NCBI RefSeq assembly: GCF_964204645.1
Contig: NC_134025.1
Coordinates: 5,464,871-5,528,870, forward strand
Direction: 5' to 3'
Length of the DNA: 64,000 bases
Source of the DNA: Tubulanus polymorphus
Lineage: Eukaryota; Animalia; Nemertea
How positions within the stretch are numbered: position 1 is the first letter of the stretch; every line of letters starts with the position of its first letter. The position numbers and the translations under genes are program-made. The notes under the pieces are model-generated. The model did no database searches. It saw only the letters and a program-made list of their open reading frames with translations, and had not been told where the DNA came from. This document shows, in pieces, positions 40,461 to 51,055 of the stretch.

Positions 40461-41099
40461 GACGTGGGAATTTTTAATGGTCGGAGCCAGGTTCATCGGT
40501 TATGCGAGAAAGGTTGAATGTGGGCATCATTGACAAAGACGAAGTAAAGCCCAATAAACCGCCCCACTAAAGAAATGGCCTGGAGAATTTCCTTCTTCTT
40601 CCGAACAACCATGACTCAAAAATCACGGAAGATCAATTGTCCCTCTGTCGTTCCACACAAGCGAAATAACCACTGCATGTATGATAAATGTAATAATACT
40701 ACCGGATTCATGAAACCGCTAGTGATGAAAAGAAATACAAAATGAAAAAAAAATGTCTAAGTCTTTAAAGAATTTCGGCGTAAGAGCGGCGTTGGTTTGG
40801 ATTACGTGATGACCCGAGAAAAAGAAACGAATCATTATTATTTTGTTCAAATTTCCGAATGCAAACAAAAGAAATTTGCCATTTCGCGGGTTTCGAGTCT
40901 CATGATGAATTTTAGATATATATGTACATATGTATAATTTATCACACTATGGGGACTTCGCTGGTGATGCCCAGCTTGCTGGCCAGTTCAGCTGACCAAT
41001 TGCATTCGAGACGCAACGCGAGAGGAGGGAGAGAGTGAGGAAATACGTCGAGGCGGTGAGACGTACTTTAAGCAGAGGCAGCACGCGCTCGTTCGTCCG

Positions 41100-41170
41100 A
41101 GCCGAGGGGTATAAAAAATGGGAAACGTCTAAAACGCATCATGGAAATAATGATTAAGCCACAGGTAAGG
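41100..41170 (+). promoter_or_regulatory. Candidate promoter and short 5' exon, possibly an alternative first exon of the downstream nuclear receptor gene.
   Basis: A CCAAT motif sits at about 41008 (gctgaccaattgc) inside a GC-rich island (40960-41280). TATAAAAA is at 41110-41117. ATG at 41141 is followed by 8 codons (MEIMIKPQ) and the consensus donor cag|GTAAGG at 41165. The phase-0 end is compatible with the phase-0 acceptor of the DBD exon at 45878. Confidence 0.35.
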
Positions 41171-44100
41171 AATGACCAAATAATTTCTAGGAAAGCCACG
41201 AAACACGAGACAGGAAGTGCGGCAGCGACTTCCGTGCAACAGTCAGCGGTATCACGACAGCGATAGATAATGAATATATGCCCATTAATCTGAAGTTATT
41301 ACGATATCATGCAGTAGATATTCATTCCATCAACAATCTGAATGCTGACCGATTGGAAATTAATTTTTTCTCGATTATCATGAGCACTTGAAAATTAAAC
41401 ATCACAGGTCATCTTCGGATTTTCGTTTGGATTCATTTCAGCGGAAAACTTCTGGGGAAATTGGGGAGGTTCCTGGCAAATAATACACAAAATACATTTA
41501 CGTACTTTTTATCATATATAATATGAATTTGCAATTCATTTCATAATTCTTTGAATTTATATGCATATTGAATTAGATGTTAAGTACGAGATTATGATAG
41601 CAGCAATGTGCTACGCAGGATCGTAAATCTGAGATGTTAATGTTTAACTGTGAAAAGCTTCGAAATTTGTTGCTGATTGGAAATTGTTGAGAGATCTGCT
41701 ACGATAGAAAATTGATTTTTCTTTTGTCGGATTTTATTGCCTGACCAAATGCATTGTGTTTGTAGTAGATTTTACGCATCAAATCTCTATGTTTACCGCA
41801 GATGTTAATAATACGATTAACAACTCGCATGGCATGTTGAATATCAGAGCAAACCTTACAAAATCGTATAAAATATTTTTGTTCATGTTTTAGTTAACCA
41901 TGCTGTCCATTCATACGATTTGTTATGATTTTGTGTAATAATTTTGCGGTATTTGGTCACCTATTTCCTAGTCTAGACCATGGACTGCCCTTTGTAGCCT
42001 GAATAGTACGCGTGAACTTTTTCTGAGCTGACCTGAATTTAGCGAGTAGTTCAAGGCATCTCTAAACAACCTCCAGAACTAAATGTGTAAATTGTGTCAA
42101 CTGCGAATGTCCCAGTAACTAAGAGACCATGAGGGTCAAAGGCTAACGGTGGTCTTGGTATCTTAGTTATAAGGTGATGAAAGCTTACTATTTCTAACAC
42201 TATTAGTTGATTTAGTTCTGAGGGTTTGGAGTAAGTGGAAGTTGCAAATTACTAGTGAATTTTTGCCCTTTGAGAAGTGCATATCGTTGCTTTGTGTGTT
42301 TTGTTTCTTTTCCATTTCTTAGTTCTTGATTAGTTTTGAAATGTGGAATTAACTATGGCAAGTGTCGCATTTATCTTTGATGGAAATTGAAGAAGTGAAA
42401 ATGAAATTGAAGCTATCGCGTTTTAGAAACAGTTGTTTCTTATTCCAAATCAGATTCGTTATTTTCCAATCCATCGCTTGTTGTTTATGGTCTTGAAGCG
42501 CTTCCACCATTCATGAATGACCATATTATTGTTTAATGGTGATTAATATTTACAACTGAAGGTCGGTTCGTGCCAGCCAGATTGGTCGATATTACTACCG
42601 GAAAGTTTGGATTGGAACTTTACAACCTACTATCTATAACGTCATGATAAATCTGCAAATATTCATTTATATACTCGGTGCCTGGGATTGCATCTGAATT
42701 ATTGACATATTTACGACATTTAATATTTCGTAGTAAATTCAGTCGGTCTCAACCAAGAATCAGTTTAAGTTATCGTCAGGTATGAGGCGGATATAGACGA
42801 TATATATCTGTATTCGAATTGAAAAAATGTCTGAAAAAATATGCAAAAATTTTACGCATTAGATCCGCTTTATAAAGATTTGAATTACAAAATGGTAGCT
42901 AACAGTTATCAGATATACACCGACCATGAATTTTGTTCTTTCTCTTTCACTTACAGTGCAGCCGAACTTAAACATTCAGCCTTATCTCCAGATGACAAAC
43001 CCAATAAAAGCTCGTTCCACTATAAGCCACCCGGCTTCGTTTTTCAACCTATATACTAAAAATTGTTTGGATAAACGTCCGGTTGCCGATCGCCGCGAGA
43101 TTTCGGCCGCCGATCATTTTACCGCCTGAACAATAGATTTTAGAATTTGAATTCCATCGTCGTTATCGGAGCTAGTAACCCTTGAGGTTAGCTAAAGGGC
43201 AATATTAACCGAATGGTCAGTGCAAATATTCTTCGGATTCGAAGTAATCAGAATTTCAACGCTTTAAGATTTTAGTACGAAAAGTATGACTTTGTTGTTA
43301 GTATATATATAGCATTGATAGAATTCATATATTCGAAACAGTGAAATGAATATTCGAATACACTTTTTATTTCTACGGAAGAAAAAATAGCTCAGTTGCA
43401 AATTGCGTCTCGATATTTCGAAACAATCTTTTCTTTTGTAACTGTCGCATCATCCGACGATTCCCCCATTTAAAACCGAGAAAGCAATCGATGCATTGTG
43501 CCTCAGCCTCAAGCGATCACAGTTACCCAGTTTTCTTTGGCTGCGCATGCTCATTCGAACCAACGGGCGCATGTACTTTTTTCTGGCCATTCAGAAAAAA
43601 AATACGCTCGTTGTTAGCTTAGGTCTCAAGTAATGTTCGATCGACTTAGCCCGAATGGAGTTCGAGAATTTTCAGGTAAGACCGTATGAAAAAGCGGTTG
43701 ATAGATTTGTGTATTTATTTGAGAGCTGTTTGCACTTTATATTCCAACTGACCCCTCGGTGACTGTAGCTTGTATACGTATAATGTATTACAGATAGCAT
43801 ATTTATGTTAATCAAGTTCCACACATCTAATTCACTCCGCCCTTCACTACTATCGATTGTAGACCTCTGGTTGTAGAACTGCTACAACCGCATTTTACGT
43901 TCTTAGTGAACGACGCGATGATGACGAGGACGATACCGTTTGCCAAAATATCAACGACGAATATTTCGCTATATCATGTTTTCTGATCTGATCTCTACGG
44001 TTCATTCACTCAGAGATGTTCTTCATAAGGGTGACCTGTACTTTTTGAGATCTAAAAACTTGGCCTATTTTCTACTCACAAGTTTTTGGTCACTGACTAA

Positions 44101-45877
44101 CCAATGGTAGAGTGTTTTTGGTCGTAAAAATTTACCGACACGTTTCGGCATGGTTTCGCTGATCAAAACGGTTCGGAAGGATTTCATTATTTGAAGATTG
44201 TACGGTAAAAAAACAAGTTTGCGTTGCGGAAAAAGTCGATGTCATGCATACTCAGACGCCAAACGGGTTGCGCGATCACGGGTTTTCAGGACGTAACAAA
44301 AATGTTATTGAGGTGAGATATTTTTCGGATTCAAGTGACTTATTTTTGATTTTATCTTCTTTGGTATTAAGACTTATTAATACAGTTTTACGGCGAGACA
44401 TTCTGTTATGATTTTATCTATCACTATCAGTCTTCGACAACTACGGATTTTCACGTGAAATATGGTCGGTTTTAGATAAGCATCTAATATTGAATTGAAA
44501 TAATCACAGATGTGTTTATTAAATATCTGGCTTATTTCGTTAATGTGAGAATGAATGTCTGCCATTTTGTACTCCTTGCTGAGATATCGAACCAGTGACT
44601 CACAAAAAGTACACGGGAACCATTCATTATTTTGTACTTTGTAGTTGTCATGGCTTCCTCACTTTTTATAGATTGCTCTGCTTTTAAATTATTCGGACCT
44701 TTGCTCAAAATAAATTTGATTTCGCGAAATTCCATTTGAGTAGTACCATCAGATTCGTTAATCATCATTCATAATATCATGGAGGTGGGAGAGACCTTCC
44801 TGACTATGTTATTACCTTTTAACACTTCGATATAAATGCAAGGTTTAATCAAGTTTTAACGAGGAAACTGTTATTCATCTCTGTATAGATTTACACCTGT
44901 TATTATTTCAGACTAACCGATATCGACACAATTTACTCAATTATTTTTGGCAGGCTAAAATGTGTGAAAATACTGAATAAAATCGTTACTATTTTCTGGC
45001 AATACTTTTCACCTAAAACTATGATAATGTTTTTGATGAATTCTGTGTGTAATAATTATTTTATTCTAAATAGGTGTAAAGTGCAAAAGAGCCGGAATTG
45101 AAAAAATATTTAATCAAATTATTTGAATTTATCCACAGACTAATGTCATACCTTTCCAATCTTGAAAATTTCTTACTTTAGAGAAATATGGCTTTTAGGT
45201 CAAATGCCAAAGAGAAATTGAATGTAGTTTAGATAAGGGTAAAATATGAACCTGAGTTTGGTATATGTAATGGATATAACATGTTTAAAGATCTGAATTA
45301 TCATTCGTCATCGGATCAACACATTCAGTAAAAATAGTGTCTTATTCGTAGACGTGCTTTTGGATTGATAAATTGTAAAAAATGAATGAATTTACTTTGA
45401 TATCTGGAACAGATTGCGCAAATAGATTATTTTTGATGTTTTGACTTATTTTAATTCTTATGTTTTTATGTTGAATACAAATGAGCTACGTAAACGTCTA
45501 CACGTATTTATAAACCTTTGATGCTACGCTAACTTTGATATCTCAAACTGAAATCATATCATTTACACCAGTTTCAATTGCAAATCCAATAAAAGTACCC
45601 CGTGGCCATTAACTCAAAAAGATATATTTCATGAAATGATGAATTCGCCCCATGTGCTTGATTACTATCTTTAGATATGTTATTATGTCTTCAAGAAGAA
45701 AAAAATACTTTGAATTTGAAATGACACAAAACATTCACTGCGCATTGTGTGCAATTAGATAGAAAAGTTTTAGAGCCCATTATTTATCTGAATGAAACGA
45801 TTCGTTGTTCAGAGTAATCCAGTGTTACTGTATCTCCAGGTGATGAGTCATATTTGTCTTATGTTTGATATTTGCAG

Positions 45878-45982
45878 GAGCGCGACTGTATGAAAGCCCA
45901 GCTGCAGCATGTTCTTTGTCGAGTCTGCGGAGATAGAGCGTCCGGACTGCACTACGGAGTTTTTGCCTGCGAAGGCTGCAAG
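45878..45982 (+). CDS. Nuclear receptor NR1 subfamily (E75/Rev-erb/PPAR-like), exon encoding DBD zinc finger I.
   Basis: The exon encodes '[35 protein letters not shown]', the nuclear-receptor P-box finger. It ends at aag|GTAAAA (donor at 45983). It starts after the acceptor tttgcag at 45871-45877; the in-frame ATG at 45890 is a possible start if no coding exon lies upstream. Confidence 0.85.
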
Positions 45983-48900
45983 GTAAAAAGCTGTTGTATC
46001 CTCTCTTCTGCATCAGTCGTCCTTTTTCAAATGATTCGATATTAGCAAGAATTTTTCAATATCTTGATGATATTTTGTCGATCGTTTTAGGCATTTGATG
46101 TCGAAATTATTTGTCGACTAATAACCACGCTATTATCGGCATAAGCCGGGGATTCACGAAAATGTTGAAACTTTCTCTGGATACATTCCATTCCGGAATC
46201 TGTTGATTAGTGGGTTTTTTATAAATACAAATCAAAATCTCAGTGAGGGCATATCAATTTATCTTCGACCAAATTTGCGGAAGAATTTACATAATTCAAT
46301 CTGTATAGCCCGGTCAATTTCTGCGACTTTGATTGGAAGGGATTTAATTTCGAGAAGAGTAAGGTTTCGGGTTTATTATCCCAACTGTAATTACTACATA
46401 ATGTCATTATCTATTTCGTTACATTAAAGGGATCAATGGACATGGCCATAAATTCTCTGTGTCAGTCTGTCCGCTCAAATCTATTGATTATAGGCAAATG
46501 ATTCTAATCAGAGGATCGAATCAAGAGATTGACTCATCATGAGCTCAATAAGAATTCGGATTTCATCAAGAAATCTGCAAGTACCTCGGAAATTCCCACC
46601 AGTATATAGAAGAATCCACGCGTCCTGAAGCAATTCCCATAAGGAGGTCATCTAGACAGTGACCGCGCTGTAGGTTGTATTTGGTTACGCCGACACCTCG
46701 TGACATCTTAATGACTTTCGCAAGTTTTCATCGTTCATCGCGTGGAACAGCAGTTGCAACCAGTGGACCACAAAGATCTTGTTAATTAAATATTTGTTAA
46801 AATTGATGATACCAAATACACCAAGTTCATCTTGATAGCTATAGCTATTTCGCTGTGTTTAGATTAGATTATGCTTATGGAATGATGAAATGCATAAATT
46901 GACACATATGAACGGTATATATTCGAAAGCGGAATGGAAACTAATGAAATGTTACGATTTGCGCTCGGTGGAAACCTTTCGACCTTATAACATCGATATC
47001 AAATGAACCTTCGGGCTGAGCCTAATTAGAATTTTAGACGACTTCCTCTGCATTCGTAATAATCTACATATATAATATGATAGTCAGTCGGGTTGGCTAA
47101 TGCAGTCAGTTAATTATCCGTGCTAACAAGTTTTCACCGGAAAATTGATTATTACATCTGTCTAACATGAGGTTTACCATTTTACCGATTTTCGAAAGAG
47201 ATCTGAATAGACGGTTATTACTCGACCTGCATCGCCGTTAACCGAAAATAAGTTAACATTCCCGTGTAACAGCCTATAGCCGAAAAATCGTATACCCTTT
47301 CGTCTGATATAAATTCTAGTTTTATTACCATCACCGGTGAAAAACGTCTGCGAATAATTTCGGTGCAGACGAAACGCGCGAATATGAGTGAAGAAAAGAT
47401 TTCTAAAAGTACACAACTACAAAAGATTCGTTTGGGCAATATTATCCTCAACGTTGTCTGACACGGACGGTGTGTTGCGCGCGCTGAGATGAATACCCGT
47501 GTGTTCCAGAAAAATAATGCTAACCACTTTGTGGGCTTTAGTTTTGATTGTCCGACAACTATAGCCCACTGAGTCTGATAGAACGTAGCTGAATAGGGAA
47601 AGGTCTTGTTTCTGTGCCATTTAGACGGTGTTCTTCGTGGTTTCTAACTGGTGCTTAATAACCGACTTTCTTCCGTCTATCACCTTTATCTCGCAAATAT
47701 TTGTGTCTTGAAGTTGTGGTCAATTTGGGATGTCAATAGATGAGCAAGTTGAGTTGGCCCGCCCCTACCTCCGAGGTTGACCACTTTCTTACAATGTTCT
47801 CATTCATAATCGCAAAATTATTCAATGCAGCCGCAACAAAAGAAGTTATCTATGTAACAACGTTTGTTCTTGATGAATTATCAATACTGCAATGAGCTGG
47901 TGGTACTCGAATAAAATGGCGGACTCTGTGCTGCAAATTCAATGAAGTGTGTTCTCGACGTAAATATGCAAATGACCTTAGTAAGGTCAGCTGTAGCCGG
48001 CACTATCGCCTTGAGGGCAAACTTGTACTCGAGGATGGCCTCAGAATTGTATAAATATATACCCTTGTCTCAACTAGATTCGATTGACTAGTTGAGTCGT
48101 GCACCGTCGTCCCAATTCCCCCTCAAGGGTATTACATTTCGATGAGCAGAATGGCGTAAATCATACGGACGGAACAATTGAATTACAAGGCAGATTTCAT
48201 GAGATCTAAGTAGAAAATCATCACCAAAAAGATCAATATACCCCCGATATACAAATCTGGCTTCTCGGTCATTAAAGTTCTGAAAATAGCTTTAATACAA
48301 ATACATGACTCAGCTCAGCGAGGATAATAAGTACGAAGTTGGTTTCTTCCAGTTCGGAGGAAATGAAAATTTGGTACACGAAAACCGAGTAAATATACAC
48401 AGCGGATCAAATCCGTCGGACCAATTCACGTTATTAAGTTGTTAATACGAGGGAAATATGATTTCTGTTTGGAATCTGGGCAATAATCCGATTGTATAAA
48501 CTTATTGGTCAATACGTGTCTATCTATGTAATATAGATTCATCTCGGTTGACAGGCCGGACATTCCTGATATATCGGCGCATTGTAATCATACAATTTGA
48601 AAATCCTAATTCAATATACTATGTTGTATCAAATAAACAGAAGCATCGACGTTCATTTGTAAATAGCGAAATACCTTTTCTTCTTTTCTTCCCATTCTCT
48701 TGAAAATCTACGATTGATGTCAACATATTTTTCTTTCTAACCTCCTTGACTTGGATTCATTTTGTTTGCGTTAGGTTCCTTGTTAGCAACTACAGCAGCT
48801 GGACTCTATATCAGATATCTGTTTAACTCCGTTTAATGTTTGTTGAAATCTTTTTATGACACTATTATATGAAATATATAACATAATTCGGATATCGTTA

Positions 48901-49023
48901 ATGTCAGACACATTTTCACAGTCCCAAGAGGTCCGATTTTAGCGGAGTCTACCGTACATGTTTGAGATATTTTTGATGGATTTTATAGAAATCTTAATTC
49001 ATAATCATAATTTTCTATTTCAG

Positions 49024-49168
49024 GGATTTTTTCGACGTACGTTGAAACATAATTTGCAATACAAAAAATGTCAGAATCCGAAAGGATGTCTGATAATGAG
49101 GATCAACCGGAACCGTTGCCAGTACTGTCGCATGAAGAAGTGTTTTTCTGTGGGCATGTCTCACGATG
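49024..49168 (+). CDS. Same nuclear receptor gene, exon encoding DBD zinc finger II.
   Basis: Encodes 'GFFRRTLKHNLQYKKCQNPKGCLIMRINRNRCQYCRMKKCFSVGMSHD', a D-box finger with the RINRNRCQYCR motif of NR1D/E. Acceptor is ttttctatttcag; donor is GTAAGT at 49169. It joins the previous exon in phase 0. Confidence 0.9.
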
Positions 49169-49263
49169 GTAAGTCCGTAAGAAATATATAGATATATGTA
49201 TTTTTATTTTATTTCATGCGTATGGAGTTAATAAGTTGGTTTATTGGATCACTTTGTTTACAG

Positions 49264-49469
49264 CTGTGCGATTGGGTCGGTGTCCGAAAAAAGATCGACC
49301 GAGCTCGTCATTCATGGTACATCTTCCAAAAACGGCTAACGGAACAGTGGACACTAAACGTCAAATACAAGCCGAACAAATGATTCTGAATATTCACAAA
49401 GCGCTGCGTGAGCTGCCGACCACCGGGATTAAACTAAACGGCATTTACGATGGGGAGGGTTATCAGAAG
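49264..49469 (+). CDS. Same nuclear receptor gene, exon encoding the T/A-box and hinge.
   Basis: Encodes '(D)AVRLGRCPKKDRPSS...GIYDGEGYQK'. The split codon g|ct gives GMSHD-AVRLGR, matching the conserved GMSRDAVRFGR of E75/Rev-erb. Acceptor is tttgtttacag; donor is aag|GTAACA. Confidence 0.85.
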
Positions 49470-49578
49470 GTAACAACATTCATATTTCTGCATTTCAATT
49501 AAATGTGTGAAGATGTTCTGTTGTTTTGCAAAAAAATCTTCTCCGAAATAAACAGAAACGAATTATTTTCCATTTCAG

Positions 49579-49951
49579 ACTCAAGAAATGCCAGACGGTA
49601 CAAGATACATAGCGCATATAGTCAAGATATTTGATTATGTAAATCGTGTAACGGCCTTCGCGCGGGGCATCCCTCAATTTTCTTCCTTGAGCATTTCCGA
49701 CCAACATACACTATTAAAAAACGGCGCGATGGAATTATCGGCGCTGATCGATTTCAACGAATTTCGCAACGCGAAAGAAGAGGGTTTTAAACCAAGCGTA
49801 ATATACAGTTTGACCAGGGAAGTCTGGAACAATCAGGAAGTGGTCCACGGACTATGCGAGGAATACTACAACTTCGCGACAAAACTTGACAAACTAAAAC
49901 TTACCGATGTCGAAACTGCACTGTATATGGCTCTAGTGCTATTTTGTTCTG
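49579..49951 (+). CDS. Same nuclear receptor gene, first exon of the ligand-binding domain.
   Basis: Encodes 'TQEMPDGTRYIAHIVKIFDYVNRVTAFARGIPQFSSLSISDQHTLLKNGAMELSAL...ALYMALVLFCS', whose helix 3-5 signature 'F..IP.F..L...DQ..LLK.G..E' is nuclear-receptor. Acceptor is ttccatttcag; donor is tct g|GTAGGT in phase 1. Confidence 0.85.
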
Positions 49952-50153
49952 GTAGGTAATTTAGTTCAGGCCATTTTGTTAGATTATGATACATATGTGT
50001 TAATTGAAAAATGACTATATAAATCTCCTCGAAGATGTAAGAGATACTGATTTGATCTTCATATGAATAAAAGGAATGGGTTTCGAATGCAGTATGCTCA
50101 AAAGATTCAATAATTATTCGCTGTTAACTAACCTAGCGATATGTATGATTTCA

Positions 50154-51055
50154 GATCGCGAGAGTTTAGAAGATTGCAAAGTGGTAGAAGATATCGAAAT
50201 GGCGTTAGCCATGGCTCTGAAAACCCAATTCTCCATTAACCACGCCGAATCACCGAACGCTTTTGCCACCGTACTTTATCTAATTGTTGATCTCAGGGCA
50301 TTGTCAGTGAAATACTGGGAACTTATACTAAAGGCGCCAGTCAATGCAGCATCCGATGATGCTCATATAGAACTAGGACTATCAGAAACCGACGAGCCAA
50401 ATAAAGCAACACCTGTCAACGCAAATGATCAATTGGGCAGGGAGTTGCCGGCATCTGACGGTCACAATAGTGATGTTAAAATCGAAGCAGTTTCTTATCC
50501 CATAAACGATCACCAACAACGGCGAAGTCCAGGTCAGAATGGCTGTTCGCCCAGATCCTCCGTGTCGGACGATACCTCATCGGTCGGGAATAGCAGCTTG
50601 AAAAATCTGGAAGACTACTATCAGAAACATTCGACGACGAAACGAAATAGCATCAACGAAGAGACATGTAGTAAAAGATCGAGCGTGTCGTCGAGCAGGT
50701 CTTCTCCCGAACAGATAGACCGGCCATTCGATTATAGCTTGAAACAAAGGTCACCGGACAACAACTCGCACCTCGTCGTGCCGCAAATGCCGCCTGTCTT
50801 AACCGTTGCACGATCGATGGAACATCAACGCCCTTTGGACTTTACAGCGCAACAACATCGCCATTCGAGCCTGGCGCTTTCACCCGCGCAACAAGAACTG
50901 CTTTACAAAACGAGACTTTTAGCTGAACACAACCATTACATGCAACTTCACTACGCATTCAACGGTATTCAATCGCATTTTCCAATCTATCCCACGGAAT
51001 GTGTTCCCGGTCTCCGTCGGTTTTTCCCGCAAAACAGGGGCCAACAAAATAGATG
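50154..51055 (+). CDS. Same nuclear receptor gene, last exon (LBD helices 7-11 plus a long Ser-rich C-terminal tail).
   Basis: Phase-1 junction G+AT gives 'LVLFCS-D-RESLEDCKVVEDIEMALAMALK...FATVLYLIVDLRALSVKYWELILK', the NR helix 7-10 pattern 'LVLFSPDR'. No AF-2 (helix 12) motif is visible, as in Rev-erb. The coding sequence ends at a TGA. By my count the ORF spans 50075-51055; the ORF track lists it as 50076-51056. Confidence 0.85.

Noticed and set aside
44270-44315. Possible 23-nt micro-exon, ttttcag|gacgtaacaaaaatgttattgag|GTGAGA.
   Set aside because: The acceptor and donor look good, but the exon is out of phase with the DBD exon. There is no supporting evidence beyond the two motifs, so it is too speculative.
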